A stretch of 64,000 nt of DNA from Candidatus Poribacteria bacterium. Its GTDB lineage: Bacteria > Poribacteria > WGA-4E > PCPOR2b. This document shows, piece after piece, positions 49,999 to 61,187 of the stretch. A program made the translations under genes and the position numbers. A model generated the notes under the pieces. It was given only the letters and a program-made list of their open reading frames with translations. It searched no databases and was not told where the DNA came from. Numbering within the stretch: the first letter of the stretch is position 1; each line of letters starts with the position of its first letter. The stretch lies in NCBI GenBank assembly GCA_965215015.1, contig OZ244042.1, forward strand, positions 2,912,001-2,976,000. Reading direction: 5' to 3'.

Positions 49999-51939
49999 CT
50001 ATTTCTTATTATCATCAACAACTTCATAATCAGCGTCAATGACTTCGCCATCAGGCGATGAAGCTGTGGACTGTGGTTCATCTGTTGGCGTGCTCTGATA
50101 CTCTGGTCCTGCCGATGGCCCACCACCAGTCTCAGCGGTTTGCTTATAGAGCTCTTCCGAAGCCTGATGCCAGACCTGCATTAGACTTTCGGTTTTTGCT
50201 TTAATATCTTCGGTATTCCGGCTTTCTAGGGCTTTCTTAAGCTCCTCAACCGCATTTTCAACACTACTCTTGGTTGCTGCATCAACCTTATCGCCAAACT
50301 CGTTGAGATTTTTCTCCGTTTCATAGATTAGCGAATCCGCCTGATTATGCACCTCCACCTCTTCGCGCTTCTGCTGGTCTTCGGCGGCGTGGGTTTCGGC
50401 ATCTTTGACCATCTGATCAATTTCCGTTTCGGACAGACCCGATGAGGCAGTAATGGTAATGTGCTGTTCCTTACCTGTCGCCTGATCTTTTGCGGAAACA
50501 TTGAGAATACCGTTTGCATCAATATCAAACGCTACCTCAATCTGCGGCATACTGCGCGGTGCCGGTGGAATACCATCGAGTTGAAAACGACCAATCGTTT
50601 TGTTGTAGACAGCCTGTTCCCGCTCACCCTGCAACACATGTACATCAACAGTAGTCTGATTGTCTTGCGATGTTGTAAAAATTTGTGATTTCTTGGCTGG
50701 AATCGTTGTATTCCGTTCTATGAGTCGAGTGAATATCCCGCCCAACGTTTCGAGGCCCAACGATAAGGGAGTTACATCAAGGAGTAAGATGTCCTTCACC
50801 CCTTCGTCACCAGAAAGGACACCGCCTTGAATTGCGGCACCAATTGCAACAACTTCGTCGGGGTTCACCCCCTTATGTGGTTCCCTGCCAAATAGCCGCT
50901 GTACCGCCTCTTGGACCTTTGGCATTCGTGTTTGTCCACCAACCAATATAACTTCCTCAATGTCACTCGCCGATAACCCTGCATCTGCAAGAGCTTTCCG
51001 ACACGGTTCAAGCGATCGTTCAATGAGGTCATCAGTAATCTGCTCAAGTTTTGCACGGGTCAGGTTGACATTGAGGTGTTTCGGGCCGCTTGCATCTGCG
51101 GTGACAAAAGGCAGATTAATATCAGTTTGCATAGCGGTTGAGAGTTCACATTTCGCTTTCTCTGCAGCCTCTTTCAACCTTTGCAATGCCATATTGTCCT
51201 TACGGAGATCTATTCCCTGCTCGCGCTGAAATTCCTCAGCAAGCCAATCGATGATTTTCTGATCGAAGTCGTCACCACCAAGGTGGGTATCGCCGTTGGT
51301 ACTCTTGACCTCAAATACACCGTCGCCGATTTCAAGGATCGAGATGTCAAAAGTTCCCCCGCCCAAATCGTAGATTGCAATATTTTTATCTTTCTGATTG
51401 TCAAGTCCGTAAGCCAATGATGCAGCGGTTGGCTCGTTGATGATGCGAAGTACTTCCAATCCGGCGATTCTACCCGCGTCTTTTGTCGCTTGACGCTGCG
51501 AATCGTTAAAGTAAGCAGGGACCGTAATGACAGCCTGTGTCACCGTCTCACCGAGGTAAGATTCTGCGGTCTCTTTCATTTTCTGAAGAATCATCGCAGA
51601 AATCTCAGGGGGTGCATGCTGCTTATCCGCAACTTTAATAGAGACATCCCCGCTTTTATCGCTCACAGCCTCGTAGGGAACGCGGTTTATTTCTTGACTA
51701 ACCTCTTGGTACTTGCGTCCCATAAATCGCTTGACGGAGAAGATTGTATTTTTCGGATTGGTAACGGCTTGCCTTTTGGCAACTTGTCCGACCAACCGCT
51801 CCTCCTCTTTGGTAACAGCAACAACAGATGGCGTTGTTCTAGCACCTTCAGCGTTTTCCAGAACTTTCGGCTCACCACCTTCTAAAACGGCGACGCACGA
51901 ATTTGTGGTTCCCAAATCAATTCCAATGACTTTACTCAT
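49999..51939 (-). CDS. dnaK: Chaperone DnaK
   Basis: [44 protein letters not shown]. Confidence 0.98.
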   Translation of the reverse strand: MSKVIGIDLGTTNSCVAVLEGGEPKVLENAEGARTTPSVVAVTKEEERLVGQVAKRQAVTNPKNTIFSVKRFMGRKYQEVSQEINRVPYEAVSDKSGDVSIKVADKQHAPPEISAMILQKMKETAESYLGETVTQAVITVPAYFNDSQRQATKDAGRIAGLEVLRIINEPTAASLAYGLDNQKDKNIAIYDLGGGTFDISILEIGDGVFEVKSTNGDTHLGGDDFDQKIIDWLAEEFQREQGIDLRKDNMALQRLKEAAEKAKCELSTAMQTDINLPFVTADASGPKHLNVNLTRAKLEQITDDLIERSLEPCRKALADAGLSASDIEEVILVGGQTRMPKVQEAVQRLFGREPHKGVNPDEVVAIGAAIQGGVLSGDEGVKDILLLDVTPLSLGLETLGGIFTRLIERNTTIPAKKSQIFTTSQDNQTTVDVHVLQGEREQAVYNKTIGRFQLDGIPPAPRSMPQIEVAFDIDANGILNVSAKDQATGKEQHITITASSGLSETEIDQMVKDAETHAAEDQQKREEVEVHNQADSLIYETEKNLNEFGDKVDAATKSSVENAVEELKKALESRNTEDIKAKTESLMQVWHQASEELYKQTAETGGGPSAGPEYQSTPTDEPQSTASSPDGEVIDADYEVVDDNKK

Positions 51940-52003
51940 CCGAAATCCCTCCATAAAAAAATAATGATAATTGTTGATTGATTATAGATATAGGGTCTGC
52001 TTG

Positions 52004-52498
52004 TTACTTATGTCTAATAATCCGAATCCATCGGAAAATACTTAATCTTTTAACCTGAAGTGTCTGGGTGTTCCGATTCGTTGAAGCACCCTGCCGACTG
52101 CCTTGATGACGTACTATCGACTGTTGTTTGAAATCTAAGGCGCGGGAAACAAATCCCAGCAATTGTGGTAAATCTATAGGTTTTGATATGAAGGTGTAGG
52201 CACCCGCTTCAAAAACGTCAAATTTTACGCCCTGTGATGTGTTTGCACTCATAATGATGGCAGGCACACCCGGCTGAAATAGCTTAATCTGTTGAAGCAA
52301 TTCTGCTCCTGTTGTGTCCGGAAGATTAAAATCTAGGAGAGCGAGATCTATCGAAGCTTCTCGAACAATTTCTAAGGCTTCATATCCACTCTCTGCAGAC
52401 ACAGCATCGTAACCAGCACGAGTCAAAACCTCGCACAAGACTTCCAAAGAAGCCATATCATCATCAACTAGAAGAATTCGATAACTGTGTCGGATCAT
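52004..52498 (-). CDS. Response regulator receiver protein with basic C-terminal tail
   Basis: ILLVDDD, LLDFNLP, ISKP. Confidence 0.85.
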   Translation of the reverse strand: MIRHSYRILLVDDDMASLEVLCEVLTRAGYDAVSAESGYEALEIVREASIDLALLDFNLPDTTGAELLQQIKLFQPGVPAIIMSANTSQGVKFDVFEAGAYTFISKPIDLPQLLGFVSRALDFKQQSIVRHQGSRQGASTNRNTQTLQVKRLSIFRWIRIIRHK

Positions 52499-52576
52499 CT
52501 GTTAGTGTTCCTCCCATTCCCAATGATACATATCTCCTGACGGACGACGAAGTCCTAGTTCACGTAGCAGCTTATT

Positions 52577-52593
52577 AGCAATACACATGCCAA
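52577..52593 (-). promoter_or_regulatory. sigma54 (-24/-12) promoter
   Basis: Minus strand TTGGCATGTGTATTGCT fits TGGCAY-N5-TTGCW. Confidence 0.6.
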
Positions 52594-52959
52594 CACAACA
52601 AACATAGGCAGCAACGCATGCGACAGCCGGAGGTTTCCTAGAAATGCCAGAATGGCAATATCACATTTTGGATTTCCTGTCAATATGACGCACCCTATTC
52701 ACCCAAATACACCAACACTTCGTCTCCTGCCTCACACCAATTGAATACACAATTAAGTCTACTACCGAGCAACAGTTATTTTATGGATTTACCGATAACG
52801 AAAAGTCCCGATCATTGCCTTCCAATATGATAATTTTGCTCTAATTGACCTCCCCCGCAGATAATAGAATGTACTGCAAAAACGAGCAAAAATCAAGTTG
52901 AAAATCCTTGTTTTCGATAGAAGTACAAGGCCCTAACTCAGGAAGCAAATGAACCGTCA

Positions 52960-55662
52960 TTACTTTGCTTCGAGCCAATTTGCTCCTGCATGGATATCAA
53001 CTTTGATTGGCACATCAATCTGACAGGCATTCTCCATCAGGCGTTTGATTTCTGTTAAGACCTCATCCTGCTCGGATTTTGGTGCTTCAAATACTAGCTC
53101 GTCATGGACTTGCAGTAGTAATTTTGTCTGCTTGCTATTTTTAATTAGATAGTCATGAATTCCAAGCATGGCAAGTTTGATGAGCTCCGCAGCAGTGCCC
53201 TGCATCGGTGCATTGATAGCAACACGTTTGCCAAATTCTTGCGTGTTTCGATCCGCAGCTTGGATCTCCGGCACATAGCAGCGGCGTCCGAGGAGCGTCG
53301 TGACATATTCTTGCCTCTGTGCTTCCGCAACGATTCGGTCAAAGTATTCCCTGACACCAACATAGGTCTGAAAGTAGTTGTTGATCAACTGTTGGGCTTC
53401 GTCAAACTCGATTTGCAGCTCGTTGGAAAGACGGAACGCCCCCACGCCGTAGATGATGCCATAGTTCATTGTTTTTGCTTGGCGACGCATGTTAGCATCG
53501 ATGTCCTCCGGCGGTAGCCCAAAGATAAGAGAGGCGGCTTGTGCATGGATATCCAAATCTTGCTCAAAGGCTTCCCGTAGTCGGTCGTCTCCAGAGAGGT
53601 GGGCGAGGATACGCAATTCAATCTGTGAGTAATCAGCAACAATCAGCACACGGTCGTCATCGCTGGCGACGAATGCTCGGCGGATCTCCCGTCCTTCGGT
53701 GGTGCGTACAGGAATATTCTGTAGGTTTGGATCGCTACTGCTAAGGCGTCCCGTCCGGACACCGGCTTGGTGGAACGATGTGTGGATGCGCCCTGTGTCC
53801 GGGTTGATTAGCCCGCCCAGTGCATCGGTGTAGGTGGATTTGAGCTTGGAAAAAGATCGATACTCCAAAATTAACTCCGGCAGCGGGTGGTGTGGTGCTA
53901 ATCTTTGTAAAACCCGGATATCGGTTGAATAACCCGTTTTCGTTCGACGTGTCAGATTCTTTGGCAGATCGAGTTTTTCAAATAAAATCTGCCCAAGCTG
54001 TTTTGGTGAATTGATGTTAAATTCCTGTCCTGCTTCTGCGTAGATCTGATCCATTCTCTGATCGAGACGTTCTTGAAATTCCTGCGATAGTTGTCTGAGG
54101 TAATTGCCATCCACCTGAATCCCTGTCAACTCCATATCAGCAAGCACAGGAATTAATGGCATTTCAATATCGCGGAAAATATCCGTCAATCCTTCTGCTG
54201 CTAGCTCCGATTCAAATTTATCCTTGAGTTGCAGCGTAATGTCCACATCTTCACAAGCATACTCAGTAATCTGTGGGAGCGGCACCAGATCCATCGTAAT
54301 CTGTTTCGAGCCTGTGCCGATAAGGTCCTTAATCGGAATCATTTTGTGGTTCAGATGGGTAAAGGCAAGGTCATCTAGACCGTGGCTGGATGACGCTGGA
54401 TGTAACAGTGCAGAAGCGACCATCGTGTCAAACGAGATGCCCTTCAAATCTGCACCGTGCCGTTTGAATACCTTAAGGTCATATTTAATATTTTGTCCCA
54501 TTTTTTGATAAGACGAATCTTCAAGAACGGGGCGGAGAATTTCCAAAACCTGATGCTGAGAGGGCAAAGAGGGTGTATCAAGGAGGAAACTCAGAGTGGG
54601 AATGTAATATCCCTCATGCGGAGCAGTGGTAATGGCAACACCGACGATGTCGGCCTCAATTGGGTTGGTTGAGGTTGTCTCCAAATCTAAGGAAAATTCC
54701 ACGTCCGCCTTGAGTTTCTCAATGAGATGCTTCAAGCCAGTTTCATCCGTGATCATCTGATAGTTTGTGTCCGGTTTCGGCATTTCCTGATTTGTTATGA
54801 TCTGGTCAAGTAGACTGTGAAACTCAAGTTCACGGAAAAGTGCTAGCAACACTTCGTTGTCTCTATCTCCAACTTTGCACCCTTCGGGTGTAATGGGTAG
54901 CTCAAGGGCGGTTTCGAGGGTTGCCAGTTTTTTGCTCAGTAGCGCGTGCTCCTCCCCTGCTTCCAGCTTGGTGCGGAAACGTTTTGGCACTTCGTCAAGG
55001 TGTTGGAGGAGGGTTTCGATCGTGCCAAATTCAGCGAGCAGTTTCGGGCTGGTCTTTTCTCCAATGCCACTGACGCCGGGTATCTGATCAACACTATCTC
55101 CCGCCAGCGCGAGGTAATCAGGGATTTGATATGGTTCTATCCCGTAACGCCTTTTGCATGCCGCAGCGTCATAGATTTCATATCCACCACGCGGATTGAC
55201 ACGATGCACCTTAATCTTCGGAGAGATCAACTGGAGCATATCTTTGTCATTGGTCATAATCAGCACATCGAACCCCACCGCCTCCGCTTGCTTCGCCAAA
55301 GTTCCAGCGACATCATCCGCTTCGTAATCGTCCATTTCCACGGTTGGAATGCCGAGTGCATCAACAATTTTCCGCACATACGGAAATTGGGAAATGAGGG
55401 CGTCCGGGGTTGGGGGGCGATCTGCTTTATAGGCTGCATACAGTTCGTCTCTTTTGCTTTTACCGCCTTGATCAAAGCAAATCGCTATATACGCATTGCC
55501 TTCTTCCAGAAGTTTTAGCAGCGTTCTCGTGAAGCTAAGAATTGCGGCTGTTGGTTGCCCCTGGGAGTTGGTTAATCGTTGTTGCATTCCAAAAAATGCG
55601 CGATATACAAACGCTGTACCGTCAATGATTATCAATTGCTTTGCGTCGTTTTGTTCTGTCAT
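52960..55662 (-). CDS. polA: DNA polymerase I
   Basis: 5'-3' exonuclease (YEADD, GDSVDQIPGV.GIGEK), DLETT, TGRLSSSDPNLQNIP, ADYSQIELR, QVHDEL. Confidence 0.98.
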   Translation of the reverse strand: MTEQNDAKQLIIIDGTAFVYRAFFGMQQRLTNSQGQPTAAILSFTRTLLKLLEEGNAYIAICFDQGGKSKRDELYAAYKADRPPTPDALISQFPYVRKIVDALGIPTVEMDDYEADDVAGTLAKQAEAVGFDVLIMTNDKDMLQLISPKIKVHRVNPRGGYEIYDAAACKRRYGIEPYQIPDYLALAGDSVDQIPGVSGIGEKTSPKLLAEFGTIETLLQHLDEVPKRFRTKLEAGEEHALLSKKLATLETALELPITPEGCKVGDRDNEVLLALFRELEFHSLLDQIITNQEMPKPDTNYQMITDETGLKHLIEKLKADVEFSLDLETTSTNPIEADIVGVAITTAPHEGYYIPTLSFLLDTPSLPSQHQVLEILRPVLEDSSYQKMGQNIKYDLKVFKRHGADLKGISFDTMVASALLHPASSSHGLDDLAFTHLNHKMIPIKDLIGTGSKQITMDLVPLPQITEYACEDVDITLQLKDKFESELAAEGLTDIFRDIEMPLIPVLADMELTGIQVDGNYLRQLSQEFQERLDQRMDQIYAEAGQEFNINSPKQLGQILFEKLDLPKNLTRRTKTGYSTDIRVLQRLAPHHPLPELILEYRSFSKLKSTYTDALGGLINPDTGRIHTSFHQAGVRTGRLSSSDPNLQNIPVRTTEGREIRRAFVASDDDRVLIVADYSQIELRILAHLSGDDRLREAFEQDLDIHAQAASLIFGLPPEDIDANMRRQAKTMNYGIIYGVGAFRLSNELQIEFDEAQQLINNYFQTYVGVREYFDRIVAEAQRQEYVTTLLGRRCYVPEIQAADRNTQEFGKRVAINAPMQGTAAELIKLAMLGIHDYLIKNSKQTKLLLQVHDELVFEAPKSEQDEVLTEIKRLMENACQIDVPIKVDIHAGANWLEAK

Positions 55663-55682
55663 TGTCTATTTCCTATGTATTA

Positions 55683-56141
55683 TAACGCAAGTTACTAGAT
55701 AGCCCGTAGGTCGAGTTTCCATACTCGAGACTGATTGGAGTTATGCACTTCAGTAGGGAACAACAATCGTCGTGCCCTACGGGATCCTTGATGGGGCTCC
55801 TGTCGTTATCCGATTCATCGGGCGTTGGGAACGGTGTCCAGCGGCGATAAATCGCTGAACTACAAGGCCTTGAACCTTCAACTGCACAAGTCCTAACTTC
55901 CTAAAAATAACCAAATTTAGTCAGATCAGGGGTACTGAACTACGAGCAATGATTTTCTCAATCTATCGTGCATCAATCTAATGCGACACATGTCACCCTG
56001 CTAGGGCTTTGAGGTTTAGGCTAGGAATCCCACGTGTCAACTATCAGGATAAAATAAACAACTTGATCAACTAACAGGCGCAGGTTACGGCATACGGCGT
56101 ATGCTTACGACTAGCATAGGTTACACTAGCAACTTGGGTTA
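55683..56141. mobile_element. Composite MITE with a second MITE nested at 55737-55894
   Basis: Outer IRs TAACGCAAGTTACTAG / CTAGCAACTTGGGTTA; inner ends GGAGTTATGCA / TGCACAAGTCCT. Confidence 0.55.
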
Positions 56142-56270
56142 TTGTAAATAAACTATGATAACGCTGCTCACTATGGTATTGATCAATCCATCGAAGCTAA
56201 ACCGAACAGCGAACGATCTGCTTCGTCGTTGGCGGATTCGGTTATTTCGGAGGTTGTCGATATAGCATGG

Positions 56271-56903
56271 TCACAATGCTAACTGAAGTACCACTGCTGT
56301 ATTTGCAATAGCGATTGGTGCGGCAACAATAGTTTGAAGGAACGTGTGTCTTTTCCGGTGCACCCTTGCCCACGCAATGAACGGTAACAGGATGAACAGA
56401 TAGACAAATTGGCTGCTGATTAACGTCACAAGCCCTGTCATACATCCCGCTGCAACGCCACTGTGGAAGCTGATTTTCCAAACCTGTGTAATTAAGGTAA
56501 GAACGACTCCGTTAATGACACAGGCAATGCAGAGCCAGATAATTTCTCGCGGTGCATTGAGGATGTGTAAAATGCCGCTGCCAACAAGGGCACTCACAAG
56601 CGAAAACATCAAAGGTTTGGCACGTTGTTCCCTGACTGTTAATCGAAAATCGCTCAGCTGTCCGAAACGAAAAAGCATTAAAATAAAAAGCATCGGCAGC
56701 ATACTAGCAAACAGTATAACAATCACCATCCACAACAATCCCTGCTGCACCGTTGTAACAGACATACGGACTATTAGTAGGATTGACGCAATCGGCAATA
56801 GGAATGGACTGAAGAGCACAGATATAGTAACCGCAATTCGATCGAGCATTTGTGTATTTAGCATGTGACGCATTATTTTAGAGCTAGAGCTGACCTCAGG
56901 CAA
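56271..56903 (-). CDS. PAP2-like integral membrane protein
   Basis: Multiple TM helices; WKISFH and WARV..KRHT..Q motifs. Confidence 0.7.
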   Translation of the reverse strand: MPEVSSSSKIMRHMLNTQMLDRIAVTISVLFSPFLLPIASILLIVRMSVTTVQQGLLWMVIVILFASMLPMLFILMLFRFGQLSDFRLTVREQRAKPLMFSLVSALVGSGILHILNAPREIIWLCIACVINGVVLTLITQVWKISFHSGVAAGCMTGLVTLISSQFVYLFILLPFIAWARVHRKRHTFLQTIVAAPIAIANTAVVLQLAL

Positions 56904-57281
56904 GATCGACCATTCCTGACAATTTATGCCGGAGCCAAGGAATCTTTCCGCTACTCCATTCCCAACAGATTAGGGAAGCATCTAATACTAACAATCCGTC
57001 ATGGAGTAACCACGTGACCAAGCCATACAGCACCAAGAACCTCCCGATTGTTATGTGCTGAGTCAACCCGTTATTTAGTTCACCAACGGCCCACTGGCCT
57101 ATGTATAGCCTGAAAATATAGCTTGGAATCAAACCTAAGGTCGGAGGAAAAACCAGCACCCCTGTGATAATCATTAACCCTATTGATCATATACGGACAA
57201 TACCAGTAAACCTGTGAACACTAACGTTAGGATCCAATTAATGGTAATGGCTACAAGTGTGTCTTGTACAAAATCAAGCAT
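56896..57281 (-). pseudogene. Frameshifted membrane-protein gene
   Basis: GAGGAGG RBS, then MLDFVQDTLVAITINWILTLVFTGLLVLSVY. One missing base near 57188 would join it to SIGLMIITG... (span 386 nt = 129 codons minus 1 nt). Confidence 0.6.
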
Positions 57282-57733
57282 CCGCAAACCCTCCTCGTTT
57301 CGGATATAACGAAAAGATGGTATTTATTGTATCATATCATCCGCATCAGCGCACATCAAATGCACTATTTTCTCTTGACACTCCCCCCCATTTCTGCGAC
57401 AATATTTTGATAGAAGTCTGTACCCTACCCTGAAAGCTCAATAAACTATTAATATCATTATGTTAATATTTGGATGTCGAGATATGAATCTTGACCTACA
57501 GGCTATCCGCCGGTATTAGACTGAGCGGGAGGATTGGGCTTAGGAAGCCCGTCCTACGGTTTTGCGTTGGGTTTCACTCTATTTATAAAAGGGTGTTGTC
57601 GAAAAGCATAGGTACTCTCGTTGTTGATAGGGACTCACCTTTATTATTTAACCCAACCTACGGGCTGAAGGTTCACTAAATTGCTAACTAATATCGTTAG
57701 ACTTCAATCATATCAATCTAGGAAGGGCTTTGT

Positions 57734-59317
57734 ATGATTTGTATGAAACGACCGTATCGATACATCTTTGCAACTTTTTTGTTTTTAATATTTTCTGTTT
57801 ATATTGCTAACGCCAAAGTGATTGGTGGTACGTTGATTTTTGGACGGGGCGGCGATTCCGTTGGCCTTGACCCTGCACAGGAAGAGGATGGCGAATCCTT
57901 TAAGGTGTGCGAGAATATCTACGACAGACTCATACAGTACAAGGACGAGAGTACCGAGGTGGAACCGGCGTTAGCAGAATCGTGGGAGTCATCGGAGGAT
58001 GGGTTGACGTGGCGGTTTAATCTCCGCAAAGGGGTTAAGTTCCACGACGGCACCCCTTTCAACGCGGATGCAGTGCTTTTTTCTCTCGACCGTCAGCACG
58101 ATCCCAACCATCCCTTTCATAACGTTGGTGGTTCCTATACCTATTGGTCGTATACCGGATTAGCCGAGATAGTAGAGGAAATCAGTGCGCTAGATGCGTA
58201 TACAGTCCAAATCATTCTCAAACGTCCCTACGCTCCTTTCATCTATACTATCGCAATGACACCTTTTTCGATCGTCAGTCCAACCGCCCTGCAGAAATGG
58301 AATACGGATTTTAAGAATCACCCGATCGGCACAGGACCGTTCAAGTTTGTACGTTGGGACCGTGAGGATAAGGTGGTCTTGGAGGCGAACGAAGACTATT
58401 GGGAAGGACGCCCACCGCTTGACCGAATAATCTTCCGATCCATCCCCGACAATTCGGTACGCCTTATCGAGTTGCAAAACGGAAGTATTCACGCAATGGA
58501 ATTTCCGAATCCGGATGATCTACCCCAGATCCGTGCAGATGCCCAACTCAGGATTATCGAACAACCCGGCATGAATATTGGTTACCTTGCGATGAATTTA
58601 GATAAAAAGCCTTTCGATAATATCAAGGTTCGTCTCGCGGTCAACCATGCGATTAACAAGCACGAGATTGTTACAGAGCTTTATCAAGGCATGGGCATCC
58701 CCGCCAAAAATCCTATCCCGCCGACGATGTGGAGTTATGACGATTCAATTGAGGAGTACACCTATGATCCGGCAAGAGCGAAAGCGTTGCTCGCAGAGGC
58801 AGGTTACTCAAACGGCTTTGACACGACACTGTGGGCATTGCCGGTGCCACGTCCTTATATCCCCGATGGAAGTGCCCTTGCTGCGGCTATTCAATCAGAT
58901 TTGCGCCATGTTGGAATCAAAGCGAAGATTGTGACCTTTGATTGGGGCACATACCTGGAAAAGACTAAAAACGGTGAGCACGATACAGCAATGCTCGGTT
59001 GGTCGGCTGACCTGGGCGATCCGGATAATTTCTTTTATTACCTTTTAAGCCAGGAAGCGGCGCAAAAGCCGGCAGGGAACATCGCATTTTACCGTAGCGA
59101 TGAGATGCAGGATGTTCTTGTTCAGGCACAGTCAATCACTAACCAAGCCAAGCGGATCGAACTTTATAAAAAAGCCCAAGCCCTTTTTCATCGCGATGTT
59201 CCTTGGGTTCCGCTAGCACACTCCAAACAGATTTTAATCATCAACAAACAGATTAAGAATCTCAAATTACACCCGACGACGTGGAAATATTTTCGGCAGA
59301 TCTGGCTTGAGAAGTGA
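57734..59317 (+). CDS. dppA: Dipeptide ABC transporter substrate-binding protein
   Basis: EPALAESWE.S.DG..W.F.LRKGVKFHDG, PIGTGPFKF, LWALPVPRPY. Confidence 0.88.
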   Translation: MICMKRPYRYIFATFLFLIFSVYIANAKVIGGTLIFGRGGDSVGLDPAQEEDGESFKVCENIYDRLIQYKDESTEVEPALAESWESSEDGLTWRFNLRKGVKFHDGTPFNADAVLFSLDRQHDPNHPFHNVGGSYTYWSYTGLAEIVEEISALDAYTVQIILKRPYAPFIYTIAMTPFSIVSPTALQKWNTDFKNHPIGTGPFKFVRWDREDKVVLEANEDYWEGRPPLDRIIFRSIPDNSVRLIELQNGSIHAMEFPNPDDLPQIRADAQLRIIEQPGMNIGYLAMNLDKKPFDNIKVRLAVNHAINKHEIVTELYQGMGIPAKNPIPPTMWSYDDSIEEYTYDPARAKALLAEAGYSNGFDTTLWALPVPRPYIPDGSALAAAIQSDLRHVGIKAKIVTFDWGTYLEKTKNGEHDTAMLGWSADLGDPDNFFYYLLSQEAAQKPAGNIAFYRSDEMQDVLVQAQSITNQAKRIELYKKAQALFHRDVPWVPLAHSKQILIINKQIKNLKLHPTTWKYFRQIWLEK

Positions 59318-59325
59318 CGTGACGC

Positions 59326-60348
59326 ATGATTGTCTATATCCTGCATCGACTCCTTTCAATGGGGTTATCGCTCTTTGGTGTTTCGTTGCTCGTTTTTTTT
59401 ATGGTGCATCTGATTCCCGGTGATGCTGCCCTCGCAATTCTCGGTGAACGGGCGACAGAGGAGGCATTGACACAACTCCGTCGCCAGATGGGATTAGATC
59501 AGCCGCTGTATAAGCAGTACGGGCTGTTTCTGTGGGATTTGGTGCATTTAGATTTGGGACGCTCGTTTAAGACAAACCAACCGGTCATTGACGAAATCCT
59601 CCGCAAATTTCCTGCGACAGTAGAATTGACGCTTGCAGCGATGAGTTTCTCAATTTTTTTCGGCATCACCTCAGGGATTATCGCTGCTGTTAATCGTGGG
59701 AAGTTTTGGGACTATACGACGATGTTCGGGTCATTGGCAGGGATCTCAATACCAATCTTCTGGCTTGGTTTGATGCTTATCCTGCTACTGGCTTACACCT
59801 TCCCGATTTTTCCGAGCTCACAACGGCTCGACGCTGTATTAGATCTTGACATTCAGCACCGCACTCACTTTTACCTGATTGACACCCTTCTCGCAGGCAA
59901 CTTTGCTGCGTTTCGAGATGCAATTGCACACCTCATCCTCCCCGCGATAACACTTGGCACAGTGCCGTTAGCTATTATCGCTCGCATGACACGGTCTAGC
60001 CTCTTAGAGGTCCTCAACCAACAGTACATCGTAACCGCCTACGCAAAGGGGCTACCCAAACGGGTCGTAATTCTCAAGCATGCCTTAAAAAATAGTATCA
60101 TCCCTGTGTTGACGGTGATTGGTCTGGAATTTGGGTATCTAATGGGGGGTGCAATCTTAACGGAGCATATTTTCTCTTGGCCCGGATTGGGGTCGTGGCT
60201 GCGGGCTGCTGTCGAAGCGCGTGATATTCGTCCAGTCCAGGGCGGGGTTCTCTTTGTCGCTACGGTTGTCATGACGGTGAACCTGATCGTTGATTTACTT
60301 TACGCATATTTTGATCCGCGTATCCGAATCGGGAGAGGGACAACATGA
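59326..60348 (+). CDS. dppB: Dipeptide ABC transporter permease
   Basis: LIPGD, FPATVEL, RMTRSSLLEVL, HALKN, DPRIR. Confidence 0.88.
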   Translation: MIVYILHRLLSMGLSLFGVSLLVFFMVHLIPGDAALAILGERATEEALTQLRRQMGLDQPLYKQYGLFLWDLVHLDLGRSFKTNQPVIDEILRKFPATVELTLAAMSFSIFFGITSGIIAAVNRGKFWDYTTMFGSLAGISIPIFWLGLMLILLLAYTFPIFPSSQRLDAVLDLDIQHRTHFYLIDTLLAGNFAAFRDAIAHLILPAITLGTVPLAIIARMTRSSLLEVLNQQYIVTAYAKGLPKRVVILKHALKNSIIPVLTVIGLEFGYLMGGAILTEHIFSWPGLGSWLRAAVEARDIRPVQGGVLFVATVVMTVNLIVDLLYAYFDPRIRIGRGTT

Positions 60349-61187
60349 GGGAGCATCGTCGTCAATTTTATCAAGAGCTGCTGCGTCAGAAATCGGCGGT
60401 AATTGGCGCATCTATCTTGATCATCTTCATTACCGCCGCCATCTTTGCCCCACTAATCGCAACACATGACCCTCGTGATGCAGATGTAACGTCCCGTCTC
60501 AAAGGTTGGTCTCAGGAACATTACTTCGGCACCGATAAGGTCGGGCGGGATATTTTCAGCCGCATTGTCTATGGCTCGCGGATCTCGATTAAAATCGGAT
60601 TGGTTGCGATGACGTTTTCGATATCGATTGGCGCACTATTGGGCATCATCGCCGGCTATTATGGGGGTTGGCTCGATAACACCATCATGCGGATAATGGA
60701 TATGATGCTTGCCATGCCGAGTATCCTCCTGGCAATGGTTATCGTTACCATCTTGGGGCAGAACCTGACGAATGCGATTATTGCTGTCTCGATTGTTTAT
60801 ATCCCACAATATGCGAGGATCCTTCGTGCGTCTGTCCTCACCATCCGCGAGCAGGATTATGTAACCGCTGCACACGCTATCGGGGTGAGTGATTTTCGCA
60901 TTCTGACCCGTGCGATTTTGCCCAACTGTCTTGCTCCCTTGATTGTGCAGGCAACGTTGGGCATGGGTGCAGCTATTTTGGATGCTGCCGGTCTTAGTTT
61001 TCTTGGACTTGGTGCCGAGATTGGCGAACCGGAGTGGGGTGCCATGCTCAATGAGAATCGGGCATTGATTCGTCGTGCGCCGTGGACTGTTATGACGCCG
61101 GGGATTGCAATTTTTCTGATTGTTTTGGGGTTTAATCTCCTAGGTGATGCGCTGCGAGATGTATTGGATCCGCAGGTGAAGACATAG
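60345..61187 (+). CDS. dppC: Dipeptide ABC transporter permease
   Basis: GTDKVGRDIFSRIVYG, LSFLGLG..PEWG, LGDALRDVLDP. Confidence 0.88.
   Translation: MREHRRQFYQELLRQKSAVIGASILIIFITAAIFAPLIATHDPRDADVTSRLKGWSQEHYFGTDKVGRDIFSRIVYGSRISIKIGLVAMTFSISIGALLGIIAGYYGGWLDNTIMRIMDMMLAMPSILLAMVIVTILGQNLTNAIIAVSIVYIPQYARILRASVLTIREQDYVTAAHAIGVSDFRILTRAILPNCLAPLIVQATLGMGAAILDAAGLSFLGLGAEIGEPEWGAMLNENRALIRRAPWTVMTPGIAIFLIVLGFNLLGDALRDVLDPQVKT

Noticed and set aside
52575-52595. CIRCE element upstream of dnaK
   Set aside because: TTAGCA is present, but the spacing and second arm do not fit TTAGCACTC-N9-GAGTGCTAA; the reverse strand fits a sigma54 promoter better.
57734-61187. Missing dppD/dppF ATPases as a novelty
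   Set aside because: Unlinked ATPase genes are common for peptide ABC systems and cannot be judged from one window.
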